Shown here: one piece after another, positions 34,520 to 46,070 of the stretch | How the letters are laid out: each line of letters starts with the position of its first letter | How positions within the stretch are numbered: the first letter of the stretch is position 1 | Source of the DNA: Ascoidea asiatica JCM 7603 | Taxonomy: Eukaryota; Fungi; Ascomycota | Reading direction: 5' to 3' | Assembly (NCBI GenBank): GCA_001600695.1 | Contig: BCKQ01000002.1 | Coordinates: 2,416,051-2,480,050, forward strand | DNA: 64,000 bases | Program-made: the position numbers and the translations under genes | The notes under the pieces: generated by a model | What the model was told of the DNA's origin: nothing | Database searches by the model: none | What the model saw: only the letters and a program-made list of their open reading frames with translations

Positions 34520-37500
34520 ATGAAAAGAAACTTATTATTATATCTAATATCGTCATTTACGCTATTAAAACAATCAACATCAACATCAATTTTAAATTCA
34601 ACTTCAACTTCAACTTCAATTTCAATTTTAAATTCAAATTCAAATTCTTCAATATCAGATGTTTCGAATTCAACTATAGTTTCAACAATTGTATCTGCTG
34701 TAATATCAACAGTTGTATCAAATTTAACTTCTTCAGTAACTTCTTCAATAACTTCAACTATAACTCCTACAAATAATAAATTTTATTCAAACTCAACAAA
34801 AACTTATACTAATATTTCAACTGATTTATCTCTAGAAACTGATTATTCAATAGAAACTGATGTTTATACTCTAACCCTAACTTCTGAAGATATTTCAATC
34901 TCAACAATCACAAATAGTCCTATAATCTCAGATTCTACTCAAGATACATCAGATACTGAAGAAATTCAAGATATCTCGGATTATATTGATTCAAGTCCAA
35001 TTGATATATATACTTTAACTTCAACAAATACTATTTATTCAACTCTTACTTCTACTCTCAAAACTCAAACAACTTCAACTCATTACTTCACTGATGTTAA
35101 AACTGTTACTTCAACTGTTACTATTGATAATTTAGTTCAAAATGCTGATAATTCAGTATCTTCATCAACTTCCTTAATTACTTCAACAACCACTTCTAAA
35201 AGTACTTCTAAAAGTACTTCCATAAGTACTTCTTCAAAAACTTCTGCATCCAAAACATCAACAACATCAACAGCTTCTTCATCTACTTCCAAATCAAAAT
35301 CAAAATCAACTCCTACAGTAACATCCTCAAAATCTTCATCTACTTCTCAAGTTACAATTGATGCTAATCCAACTGCTCAAAATGCTAAACTTTCTTATAG
35401 TTTAATTCAAACTTCGATTTCTTCATCCGATAAAATGGTAACTGTTTATAAAACTTATTTTAAAACAATTACTCGTCATCATTCTCATTCAACTTCTGTA
35501 ACTAAAACAATATCCGATGCTTCTGAAAATTATGAAGATATTGAAACTTCAGTTTTTACTTCTGTATATACAACTGCAATACCTATAACCAAAACAATAA
35601 CTGATTTAACCACTTCAATATCAACAATTTATCAAGCTTCTTCTTTTTTAACATCACAACCAACAACAAGCTTAAATTCTCAATTAGATACAACCAAATC
35701 AAATCCTTTATTATCTACATCTTTATCTTCATCTTCTTTGAAAAATTCAATTGATATAAGTACTTTAACATCTGAAAAAATTATTACTCAAACTAAAACT
35801 CTAAAAGATAGTGATTCTACCACAATTGATTCAGAAATTGCAACTTCAACAACAACTTATTTATTAAATGGTGATACAGTAACCAAAACTTATTATTTGA
35901 AAAGAAAATCTTCCTCTTCTTCAACTACTTCTTCTCCAACTCAAACACTAGCTGATTCAACATATATAACATCTGCTCCAATTGCTTCTTCAACTTCAGC
36001 TTCTTCAAGTATAATCACTCATCCAGTTACTTTAACTATATTAAGTTCTTCTATTGAATCTGATACTACTGAATATTTTACAACAACCATGATATCTTAT
36101 ACAACCTTTACTCTTTATCCTTCAGTTAGTTTAGATTTGTATAGTCCAAACAGGCTATCTGCTGGAATCTTTACAAACTCTTCAACTCCTATGAAAACTT
36201 CATCTTATTATAATCCATTAATTTATTCAACTTCATTAGGTAATCCAACTTCTACAATTAGTTCATCTTCTTTATATTCCCAATCATCTGGAAACTCATT
36301 AACAACTGAAGGATTATCATCAGAGACAACTCCAACTTTTGAAACCTCAGAAACTGTAGCATCCAGTTCGTCTTTTGACTCTGAAATAGTCTCGACTTCT
36401 ATTTCTTCTAATACTTCAACTTCTAGTATTTCAACTTCTATTACTTCCACCTCAACATCAACTTTAAGTTCAGCTTCCTTAACTTCAACTCTCTCAACTT
36501 CAACTTCTTCTACCTCATCCACTTCAACTTCATCCCCTTCAACATCCTCTATTTTGACTTCATCCACTTCAACTTCTACATCTATATCTATATCTACATC
36601 TACATCTACTAGCAGTATACCTTCTACTTTAACTTCCTCGACACTTTCAACAGCTGCTTCTATATCTTCCGATGTTACATCAAATGAAAACATCGATCTA
36701 TTTAGTGCAATTTCAACAGATGAACCACCATCTATCTTTGCAAGGGAAGAAAACCCAGTTGTATTAGCCGATGGAGTTGATAATGGAGGCCTTCCTATTG
36801 AAACAAATAAGTTTTATACTAATTTATTAGTTGATGATCAAACCAGTATGATTTGGACTTATCCTTATGGGATGTGGGTTGATAATTATGGTGGAAATGG
36901 TTTATCTGTTTCTCAAACAGATGAAGACCAGCTAACATTTGGTACTAGCGGTGGAGGTGGTACTTTGATGATGGCTCCAATGAATCTTGCTTCTTTGATT
37001 TTATCCGCTGTTGAATTTCCTTCCACTTCTACTTTGGATATTGAAGTTAGTGAAATGAAAGATTTATCTGTTTTATTAACTTTAAGTTTAAATTCAAGCT
37101 CAAGTTCGAGTTTAAAAAGATCAACTAGTGATGATTTTATTGATTTTCCATTAGTTCAAGGTATGGGATTAGTTACTGCTATTTATAATGGTGATTTAAC
37201 AGTTGATATAAAATCTCAATATTCTATCTTAAGTTTAACAGAAGAAACCAGTGATGTTTTACCATCAAATGTTTTAAAATATAAAGTTAGCTTAAATGAT
37301 GATAAAAGTTGGTTAATTTATTTAACATTTCCAAGTGATGAAAGTTTAGATGATTATTCATTAAGTGTTGTGGATGAGTTATATATTGAAGGATCGACTT
37401 ATGTTAATGGATTAATTGTTCAAATTGCAGTGACCCCAGATGATTCTTCTTCTGAAACTTATTATGATGAAATTGCTGGTATGTATCCAACTAGTTCAAC

Positions 37501-38881
37501 AATGAGTGGTACTTTGGAGAATGATAGTGAAATTGCTACATTTAAATTCACCTATACAACTGAAGGAACAAATGTTTGTGGAAATACATTATTTTTTGTT
37601 TTACCTCATCAAATTGATGCTTTAGATTTAACTACTCAAGGAACTTCAACAGGTATATCACTTTATTCTACTACAAAAGGTACAATGTATGGATATTTAA
37701 CAAATGAAATATCTATGAATTATGATCTTACTGATGTTTCTGCAATTGGATTTTTCCCAACAACAAATGAAGAAATTACATATACATCAGAACAATTACA
37801 ATTGATTGCATCTGCAGTTAATGATGAATTATCTGTTAGTATAAAAGATTCTATTGATGGTTTAAATACATATTATTTGGGTAAAATTATTGATAGATTT
37901 GCATATATTGCATTTGTTGTTGATTCAATTTTAGAAGATGAAGATGTTAGTAGTGATACATTTTCAAGTATGAAAGAAGCATTTGAAGTAATCACAGGTA
38001 ATTCAGAATTATTATTTCCACTAGTTTATGATACAAAATGTGGTGGAATTACAAGTTCTGCATCGATAATTAATTATCAAGATACAACATATGATTTTGG
38101 AGCAACATATTATAATGATCATCATTTTCATTATGGATATCTTGTTCATGCCGCTGCAATTATGGGATATTTAGATCAAAAAATTGGAGATGGTACATGG
38201 ATTACAGATAATAAAGACTGGGTTAATTCATTAATTAGAGATGTTGCAAATCCATCAGATTCTGATACATATTTTCCAGTATCTAGAATGTTTGATTGGT
38301 ATCATGGACATTCATGGGCTTCAGGATTATATTCCTCGGGATCTGGAAGGAATCAAGAAAGTTCTTCAGAAGATTATAATTTTGGATATGGTATGAAATT
38401 ATGGGGTAAAATTATTGAAGATGAAAGTATGGAAAATAGAGGTAATTTAATGTTAAGAATTATGAAAGATTCAATGAATTCATATTTTTATTATCATGAT
38501 GATAATACAGTTGAACCTTCAGATATTCTTTCAAATAAAGTATCAGGTATATTTTATGAAGAGAAAATTGATTATACAACATTTTTTGGTACGAATATAG
38601 AATATATTCATGGTATTCATATGATTCCAGTTACACCTATATCATCATTAATTAGAGAAGAAAACTTTGTTCAAGAAGAATGGGATTCTAAATTAAGTTC
38701 AATTGTTGATGATTTAGATTCTGGATGGGCAGGTATTTTAAGATCTAATCAAGCCATTATTGATAGTAATAGCAGTTATGCATTTTTTTCAAGAAGTGAC
38801 TTTTCAAGTGATTGGTTAGATGATGGACAAAGTAGAACTTGGACATTAGCATACAGTGCAGCCATGTTAAACTCAGCTTAA
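34520..38881 (+). CDS. DSE4: Secreted endo-1,3-beta-glucanase (GH81) with ~700-aa Ser/Thr-rich N-terminal region
   Basis: PIETNKFYTN, FPLVQGMG, YNDHHFHYGY, SRMFDWYHGHSWASG, RNQESSSEDYN and YIHGIHMIP motifs; signal peptide plus S/T stalk fits ENG1/DSE4 rather than ACF2. Confidence 0.93.
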   Translation: MKRNLLLYLISSFTLLKQSTSTSILNSTSTSTSISILNSNSNSSISDVSNSTIVSTIVSAVISTVVSNLTSSVTSSITSTITPTNNKFYSNSTKTYTNISTDLSLETDYSIETDVYTLTLTSEDISISTITNSPIISDSTQDTSDTEEIQDISDYIDSSPIDIYTLTSTNTIYSTLTSTLKTQTTSTHYFTDVKTVTSTVTIDNLVQNADNSVSSSTSLITSTTTSKSTSKSTSISTSSKTSASKTSTTSTASSSTSKSKSKSTPTVTSSKSSSTSQVTIDANPTAQNAKLSYSLIQTSISSSDKMVTVYKTYFKTITRHHSHSTSVTKTISDASENYEDIETSVFTSVYTTAIPITKTITDLTTSISTIYQASSFLTSQPTTSLNSQLDTTKSNPLLSTSLSSSSLKNSIDISTLTSEKIITQTKTLKDSDSTTIDSEIATSTTTYLLNGDTVTKTYYLKRKSSSSSTTSSPTQTLADSTYITSAPIASSTSASSSIITHPVTLTILSSSIESDTTEYFTTTMISYTTFTLYPSVSLDLYSPNRLSAGIFTNSSTPMKTSSYYNPLIYSTSLGNPTSTISSSSLYSQSSGNSLTTEGLSSETTPTFETSETVASSSSFDSEIVSTSISSNTSTSSISTSITSTSTSTLSSASLTSTLSTSTSSTSSTSTSSPSTSSILTSSTSTSTSISISTSTSTSSIPSTLTSSTLSTAASISSDVTSNENIDLFSAISTDEPPSIFAREENPVVLADGVDNGGLPIETNKFYTNLLVDDQTSMIWTYPYGMWVDNYGGNGLSVSQTDEDQLTFGTSGGGGTLMMAPMNLASLILSAVEFPSTSTLDIEVSEMKDLSVLLTLSLNSSSSSSLKRSTSDDFIDFPLVQGMGLVTAIYNGDLTVDIKSQYSILSLTEETSDVLPSNVLKYKVSLNDDKSWLIYLTFPSDESLDDYSLSVVDELYIEGSTYVNGLIVQIAVTPDDSSSETYYDEIAGMYPTSSTMSGTLENDSEIATFKFTYTTEGTNVCGNTLFFVLPHQIDALDLTTQGTSTGISLYSTTKGTMYGYLTNEISMNYDLTDVSAIGFFPTTNEEITYTSEQLQLIASAVNDELSVSIKDSIDGLNTYYLGKIIDRFAYIAFVVDSILEDEDVSSDTFSSMKEAFEVITGNSELLFPLVYDTKCGGITSSASIINYQDTTYDFGATYYNDHHFHYGYLVHAAAIMGYLDQKIGDGTWITDNKDWVNSLIRDVANPSDSDTYFPVSRMFDWYHGHSWASGLYSSGSGRNQESSSEDYNFGYGMKLWGKIIEDESMENRGNLMLRIMKDSMNSYFYYHDDNTVEPSDILSNKVSGIFYEEKIDYTTFFGTNIEYIHGIHMIPVTPISSLIREENFVQEEWDSKLSSIVDDLDSGWAGILRSNQAIIDSNSSYAFFSRSDFSSDWLDDGQSRTWTLAYSAAMLNSA

Positions 38882-39546
38882 TTTTACTAATTTTTTTCAA
38901 TCAACAAATCAACAAACATCCTTAAGAACACTTTTTTTTATTATTTTTATCCCACTGTCACATTAGTTTTATTTTTATTTCATTTTATTTTATTTTTGTT
39001 TTATTCCTCTTAATTTTTTATTGGTAAAGACAATAGGATTGTCAATTGGTTATTTCGGTGCTTAGTTTTTAAACATTTCTTTGGTCTCGTTATGGTAACT
39101 TTCGGTTTTTTGTTATCTTTCTTCTGGTATATTTATTTTTCTAATTTTTCTCACCATATAGCTTTATATCAACTTCAAAAACTGTAATAAATACACTTCT
39201 TCAAAAGTATTATTTTTGTAATTACTGCTTTATTTTAAACCTTTAGTGAACTCCACCACTTTTGTGGCCATAACAACGGATCTCCTTGAATAGCCGTTAA
39301 TTATGACAAACTTCCGGCTATCGGCTACGACTTTGCTTTTGCTGCTTTTGCTGCTTTTGCTGCTTTTGTTGGTGCTTGTGGTGCAAAAGAGAGAAAAGAA
39401 ATGCATTCTTCGTTTGATTGTTAGCTACTTTTGGGGCCAAAATTTATTTTATTTGGTTACAATAGGAATTCAGATTCTAAAATAGCTAAATATTTTGATA
39501 AGAGTATCATTATTATTGTTTATTTGCTTTAATTTGACTATTTAAA

Positions 39547-40214
39547 ATGTGGGTATTTAATTGGTGTATGTATTTTAGATTATTTGTGCTGATTAAATTC
39601 AATTCAATTTAATTATAATAAGCTATATTAACAATTCTTCATGATAAAAAGTGCAGAAAGCAATTCAAGATACACTGAGTAATTTGGGATTATGGAAAAA
39701 ACATGGAAAGTTATTATTTTTAGGTTTAGATAATGCTGGTAAAACAACATTATTAAATATGTTAAAAACAAATAGATTAGCAACTTTACAACCAACTATT
39801 CATCCAACAAGTGAACATTTAATAATTGGAAATGTTCAATTTACAACTTTCGATTTAGGTGGTCATCAACAAGCAAGAAGATTATGGAAAGATTATTTTA
39901 TTGAAGTAAGTGGTGTTGTATTTATTATTGATTCAACTGATTTAAAAAGATTAGATGAAGTTAAATTTGAATTAAATTCTTTATTGAATAGTGAGCAATT
40001 AATTAATGTTCCATTTTTAATTCTAGGTAATAAAATTGATTCACCTAATGCAATTAGTGAAATTCAACTTAAAGATTGTTTAAATTTATATTCAACAACT
40101 GGTAAAGGTGAAAATGGTCTTCAAAATATAAGACCAATTGAAATTTTTATGTGTTCAGTGGTTTTAAGACAAGGTTATTCTGAAGGAATTAAATGGTTAT
40201 CACAATATATTTGA
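39547..40214 (+). CDS. SAR1: COPII small GTPase Sar1, two exons (39547-39565 and probably 39652-40214)
   Basis: Exon 1 ATG TGG GTA TTT AAT TGG T (MWVFNW), donor GTATGT at 39566, branch-like TATTAAC at 39626-39632. Exon 2 has [18 protein letters not shown] and [11 protein letters not shown]. Confidence 0.93.
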
Positions 40215-40255
40215 TTATATATTATACAGTATATATTATATAACAATAACTGAGA

Positions 40256-40918
40256 TTATTTATTATTATAATCACTGTAATCACTATAGTTATTATAGTC
40301 ATAATCACTATAATTTGAATAATTGCTAGTCTTACTATAACTACTATTCTTACTGTAATTACTACCCCAACTATAATCACGACTATGATTATATCTATGG
40401 CCATGATTATGACCATGTTCAGCATTATAAGTAGGTCTTTGATTACTTCTATGAGAACGCTTATTATTGTTTTTTCTAGTGTGATAATCAACAGTTAAAA
40501 AATTATTATCTTTATTATCTTTATTATCTTTATAATTATAATTATTATTATTATTATTATGACCATTAATATTATCTTGTTTATCACCTTTGTTGTTACT
40601 GTTACCATTAATATTTCCATTAGTATTGCTATTCTTATTACCAGTGAAAATATTTTGATTAGAATTATTACTTTTATTACGAAAGTGTTTGTAAATATCA
40701 TTACCATAAAGTCTAATACATTTACCACATAATTGATGATAATCATTATGATTATGATTGAAAGTATTTTTACACCAATTTACTTTTCCATAATGATATT
40801 TATATTTTATTTTACAATAATGGCATACCCAAACTTTTGGAGGATTTGTATATAAAGTAATATCTAAAAAACCAACTCTAATTTTTTCTGGATCTCTTGG
40901 ATCTGAACTGCAATACAT
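40256..40918 (-). CDS. Orphan protein with N-terminal Cys/His cluster and N/Y/S-rich tail
   Basis: 220-aa ATG-initiated ORF in A-rich context with WVCHYC...WC...HQLCGKC; no family recognised with certainty. Confidence 0.6.
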   Translation of the reverse strand: MYCSSDPRDPEKIRVGFLDITLYTNPPKVWVCHYCKIKYKYHYGKVNWCKNTFNHNHNDYHQLCGKCIRLYGNDIYKHFRNKSNNSNQNIFTGNKNSNTNGNINGNSNNKGDKQDNINGHNNNNNNYNYKDNKDNKDNNFLTVDYHTRKNNNKRSHRSNQRPTYNAEHGHNHGHRYNHSRDYSWGSNYSKNSSYSKTSNYSNYSDYDYNNYSDYSDYNNK

Positions 40919-41049
40919 TTTTTATAGGAAAAATATAAGGGAAGAAAAAAATAATTAGTTAAGAGAAATACTGTAAAGAAATGAAAAAAAGAGGTATGAA
41001 GAAATTAAAATATAAATGAATGAATAAATTAATGAATTAATAAATACCC

Positions 41050-41084
41050 GAATGAATGAATGAATGAATGAATGAATGAATGAA
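41050..41084. repeat. (GAAT)n microsatellite
   Basis: About 8.75 perfect GAAT units. Confidence 0.9.
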
Positions 41085-42786
41085 GGTATAAATGTATAAA
41101 TGTATAAGTTAAAGAAGGATTAAAAGCAAGAAGGAATGAATAATGAATAGATTAATTAGTGAATATTTGATTATTTTGTTAATTAAATCTCTTAGGAATT
41201 ATAAAACTCTTTATATAATTTGAAAAGTAATTAGAGTAAAGGAAATGAATCAAAAATCTTTAATTTTTTTTTTTTTTAATAAAGAATACCCACATTTATC
41301 AAGGAAAATGAAATTCATTTTTGATTCAATTATAATTTTTATTTAAGAAGATTAATTTAAAGGTTAATAAAAAGTATAAAAGTATAAAAAACATAATGTA
41401 TAATATTAAAACCACTACCACATAATTTTAAATACTGAGACAATGATAATAACTTGTATATTAGATATTGGATATTGGATATTATATATTAACCACAAAT
41501 TTTCAATGTTTTAGGAGAATGAAATTCATGTGTAAGGATTAAATTTTGGAATTAAAAATCTAGGAATAAAAAAAAGTTAATAAAAAATTTCTTTGAAATA
41601 ATAAGGTATAAGGAAATAAGAAAATAATAATAATAATTATTTTGATAAAGAATAACCGTGGATAAATAAAGATTAATTTGACAAATCCAATTTTTTTTTT
41701 TTTTGTTTCCGATTCTGATTTTAATTTTTGAAAAGGTTCTATAATGCAAGTTTAAAGTTCTTTAATCATGGATAATATAATAATTATTAAAAAAATTATA
41801 TTATTATTATTATTAAGAGAAAGCTCTGAGACAATCGTAAAGGGTAATTTTGAATTTGGTGATAAATTATAAAGCATAAATTTTGGGGCACAATTGCAAA
41901 TAAAAATAAAAAATAAAAAAAAAAAAAAAAAGTCAAGGCCAATAAAACTAATTTATTTTTCCTAGCATTATATTTTTGCAAAAGGAATGAAGAAATTACT
42001 TGGGTTTTAATTCATTTTGGAAATTAAAAGAGAAATTAGTAATAATTATCTACTTTTATTATTTGCTTACTTTTTTGCCATTCCTTTTTTTGGCCTTGTT
42101 TACTCTTATTCTACTACTTCTTCTCTTGAATAGTTTCTTACTTCGTTGCCCATGGTTTGATAATTCAAGCATTTGACAAACAAATACATTTTGGAATCAG
42201 AAATTAGAGAACTGCAGAAGATGAAACATCATATTACTTCCCCATTAAGAATAAAATTTCAGTTCTGGAAGTCATGTTCTGCACTGTTTCAAGTTTATAT
42301 TACTTATCATTATTATCATATTCAGCATCATCACCTATTTATTCATTGTCAGTGTTTGTTGTTAGCTGTTTAATTCAATATATCATTGCTTCTTCATTAC
42401 TTCTTCATTTCTTCTTCATTTCTTCTTTTCTTTATTGCTTCTTTGTTTCATTGCAGAAGAAGCTTTGTTTTGTTTATTGTTGCGACCCATGTGAATGTCC
42501 TGGAATTGTTTCCCTTGTGTCCTGTAAACGGACGCTTTGTGTGGTACTTGTCCCTGTATTTCTAGCCAATCACAGCCGGCCTCTGCCACCCGCCAAATTT
42601 AAACAAGGTCAAGAAACAAATAAAAAATAAAGAATAAAGAATGAAGAATAAAGATAAACAATAAATAATAAAGAACTAAATATATCAAAAACAGAAGCAA
42701 TTCATCCTCAATTGCTTCATAACTGTCTAGATATATTCAACTTCAATTGGAGACTAAAAGGAACTAACTCTCAAAAGCAACTGATC

Positions 42787-45171
42787 ATGAATTCTCTCGT
42801 TCAGAAGAATCTCCAGTCCTTGGATGCTTATGCGAATGAAATCTATTCAAATGTTAAAGAATTGAACTTGGAAAAAATAATACTATTGTCACCAACTAAT
42901 AAATATCCAAGTTTAGATAAACACACAAATGCCAATTTCAATGATAATGACAAAGAAAAAGAAAAAGACAATGGTAATATCAGTATCGATAATGATTTAT
43001 CTTTTGTAGATTTAAATTTAAACTTGGATTCTAATCAAAATTCAAATCAGGATTCAAATCATATAATATCTGAACTTCTTTCAGACATAACTTTATTACA
43101 ATTAACTTTCAATAAAATATATTCGATTTTCAATTCAATAAGAGATAAAAAAAAATTACCTTCAAATACAATTACAAATTTCAATTCAAAATTAAATTCA
43201 AATTCAAATTCAAATTCAACAAGTAAAGATTTTATAAATTTAGATCAAATAAACTTTAATTTAAATAATTTAAATAATGAAATCTTAATCATATTTAAAA
43301 ATGGTTCAATTTCAAAAAAAATTAATTCAAATTTAAAAGTTATTGAAAATTCTTCTTCTTTATCAAAAAATATTCAATTAATTAATGATATAAAAATTTT
43401 ATCAAATTTAGAAAATTTAATAATCTCATATTCAATTCTATTAATATTCATAAATTTAATTAATTCTTCAATAAAAAATAATTTAATTTTATCAAATAAT
43501 TTAAATTATTTTAATAATGTTTTAAATTCAAATTATTTATTCAAATTATTTAATATTTTAACAAATTTTCCAAATTTTTTATTTAATTTAATAAATTTAA
43601 TTAAAAATGATATAAATTCAAAAAAAAATTTATTGAATTTTGAAAATTTATTATCTTCATTATCAATTTCTTTTAATAAATTAAAATCAAATTTAATTAT
43701 AAAAAATCCTTTAAATACACTCAATTCATTCACTTCATTTAATTCATTTTTACCTTCTTTATATAAAAAAAAAAATTATACTTTGAAAAATTCAATTTTC
43801 AATTCAATTAATTATACTTTAAATTATTCAAATTATCTATTATCATATCCAATTATTCTATTAGATAATAATTATTCAAATAAAATTAGTAATATCATTA
43901 ATACTAGAGATTTAAATGCAGAAATTTTAGGTTCTTTAATAACTGAGTTTCCAAAGTTTGTAAATAATAATAATAATAATATAAATACTAATATCAATAA
44001 CACCTCATTAATTAAATTAAATTCAATCTTATCTATAACTGATTTCAATATCTCTCAAAAAATTCAATTAAATTCAATTAATAATGTAAAAATTTCTCAA
44101 GATGACTTAATTCAAAATTTAACTAATTTATCTTTAATAAAATTTCCAAATTTTAAAAAATTCTCAAAAATTAACTTGAAAAATTTTAAAAAACCTTCAT
44201 TTTTAAATAGATATTGGTTATTAATTTTATTTTCAATAATTTATTTACCAAATTCGATTTTAAATTTAATTAATTCAAAAGATAAATTTATAACTTGGTT
44301 TAATGAAAATATCATTCAAACTTTAAAAGGTTTTTATAATAACTGGTTATTAAAACCAATTTTAAATATTTTAAATACTGTAAAACATGATGAAAATTCA
44401 ATGATTGCTATAGTTTCAAAAAAATCTTTACAATCTGATCTTGATTCTTTAGAAAGAATGATTATTGATTATTCAATTGATAATTTAGATAATAAATCAA
44501 GTTTATCTGTAAATCAAATTGAAAATTTAAAATTAGAAATTAAAAATTTAGTTAAAATTGGTGATATTACTCCATTAATGAAAAATTATGAAATTGAATT
44601 AAAAAAACCAATTAAAAATCTTGTTCTTGGAGATTTATCAAGATCTATTTTAATTCAAATTCAAAAAGCAAAAGTAGATGGTGCTATTGCTGCTTCAGGT
44701 ATTGATAAATTATTAAAATCTCAAGAATTAGTTTTTGGTATGGTTGCTGCTTCTCCAAGTTTATTGATTTTAATTTGGTTATTCAAAAATTTTAATCTTT
44801 ATTTAAAAAGAGGATATATCAATTTATTCCAAATAAATGGTAATAAATATAAAGATTTAGTTAGTCTGTGTTTAAATAATATTGAAAGATTATTGATTTT
44901 ATCATTAAAAGAATCTTATTCTAATGATTCTAATCAAAATAATGAAAATGAAAATGAAACTTCTGATCTTTCAAATAAATATTATATAGAAGGTATGTTG
45001 TTATTAGAAATTATCTCTTTGAAACAATTTGGTATTAAATTTTTACCCAAAAGTAAAAGAAATGAATGGGCTAGAGATATTGATGATTTAAATGATCATG
45101 AATTAAGTAATGAATTAAGAATAAAATTAGTAAATAAAATATGGAATGTCTATGGTAAATATATCAATTAG
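42787..45171 (+). CDS. NCA2: Nuclear control of ATPase protein (mitochondrial)
   Basis: KPSFLNRYW, SLQSDLDSLERMIID, GDITPLMKNYE, RSILIQIQKAKVD and IDKLLKSQELVFGMVAASPS. First ATG is at 42787; the track's start is a TTG. Confidence 0.92.
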   Translation: MNSLVQKNLQSLDAYANEIYSNVKELNLEKIILLSPTNKYPSLDKHTNANFNDNDKEKEKDNGNISIDNDLSFVDLNLNLDSNQNSNQDSNHIISELLSDITLLQLTFNKIYSIFNSIRDKKKLPSNTITNFNSKLNSNSNSNSTSKDFINLDQINFNLNNLNNEILIIFKNGSISKKINSNLKVIENSSSLSKNIQLINDIKILSNLENLIISYSILLIFINLINSSIKNNLILSNNLNYFNNVLNSNYLFKLFNILTNFPNFLFNLINLIKNDINSKKNLLNFENLLSSLSISFNKLKSNLIIKNPLNTLNSFTSFNSFLPSLYKKKNYTLKNSIFNSINYTLNYSNYLLSYPIILLDNNYSNKISNIINTRDLNAEILGSLITEFPKFVNNNNNNINTNINNTSLIKLNSILSITDFNISQKIQLNSINNVKISQDDLIQNLTNLSLIKFPNFKKFSKINLKNFKKPSFLNRYWLLILFSIIYLPNSILNLINSKDKFITWFNENIIQTLKGFYNNWLLKPILNILNTVKHDENSMIAIVSKKSLQSDLDSLERMIIDYSIDNLDNKSSLSVNQIENLKLEIKNLVKIGDITPLMKNYEIELKKPIKNLVLGDLSRSILIQIQKAKVDGAIAASGIDKLLKSQELVFGMVAASPSLLILIWLFKNFNLYLKRGYINLFQINGNKYKDLVSLCLNNIERLLILSLKESYSNDSNQNNENENETSDLSNKYYIEGMLLLEIISLKQFGIKFLPKSKRNEWARDIDDLNDHELSNELRIKLVNKIWNVYGKYIN

Positions 45172-45980
45172 TTTTCACTAATAAATTTGTGATATTTTTG
45201 ATTTTATATTAAATTTCGATCATTCCAAAGCATTTTGTAAGATAAAAAAATATTCAAATAGACAATTTTCATCGCTACTCGATAGTATTGATTATAAATA
45301 GTTTTTCTTTCAAACATTTAAGCCAGGTATTTAAAAGACAAAAATGAAGCTTTTTTGGAATGCCTTAAATGCTCATTGCCAAGTCAAGCTTCTCAGAACA
45401 AGAATTTCTATTTGTTTATTGCACCTAAATTTTTAGTAATTAAATAATCCAACGCTTTTTAAACTTAAGAAAGAATTTAGAAAAAATCAGTTGTAAATGA
45501 ACATTCTGAATTCAATTTACTCTTGTTTTTGCTTCAAAACTTATTCAATAAACGAATCAATCTGGCTAATGAGTATTAAATTTCAAGTATTTTGAAACTA
45601 AGTGTGGAACGTGTAGATTTGCGACTGTTACACTATTTTCTTATTTGAATATTGTTTTATTTAACTTTAGGATAAATTTTAATTTGAGTATTGAGTCTGA
45701 TTAAGCTTTTTATTTAAGCCTTTTTGAGTGGTTTTCAGAATTCAAATTTCTTAGCGATTGGAAGAAGAACTTGCATGAAAGAAGTAAAGAACTTATAAAT
45801 ATTGGGGGATTTTCAATGAAAAAAATTCAAATTATTTGTTAAAACATTAAGGAAATTTTGATTAAAGTAAATTGAAAGTTGTGAGTTTTAACATTAATCT
45901 TATCCCTAAAAAATTGAACGTAACGTATGCAATGCAATAAATTTTTTATTAGTAAACTATCAATAATTTCAAATTCGGAG

Positions 45981-46070
45981 ATATTAATAGATATCAATAG
46001 ATATCAATAGATATCAATAGATATCAATAGATATCAATAGATATCAATAGATATCAAGAGATATCAAGAG
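45981..46070. repeat. 10-bp minisatellite (ATATCAATAG) x9 in the promoter of polygalacturonase copy 2
   Basis: Six perfect units at 45991-46050, one 5' variant and two ATATCAAGAG 3' variants. Confidence 0.95.

Noticed and set aside
36223-36693. 156-aa V/E/D-rich antisense ORF (likewise 46266-46709, 52147-52485, 61267-61746, 10971-11264)
   Set aside because: Antisense shadows of low-complexity or codon-biased real genes.
39651-39653. GTG start for SAR1 given in the ORF track
   Set aside because: The true N-terminus is an upstream exon (MWVFNW) followed by a GTATGT donor.
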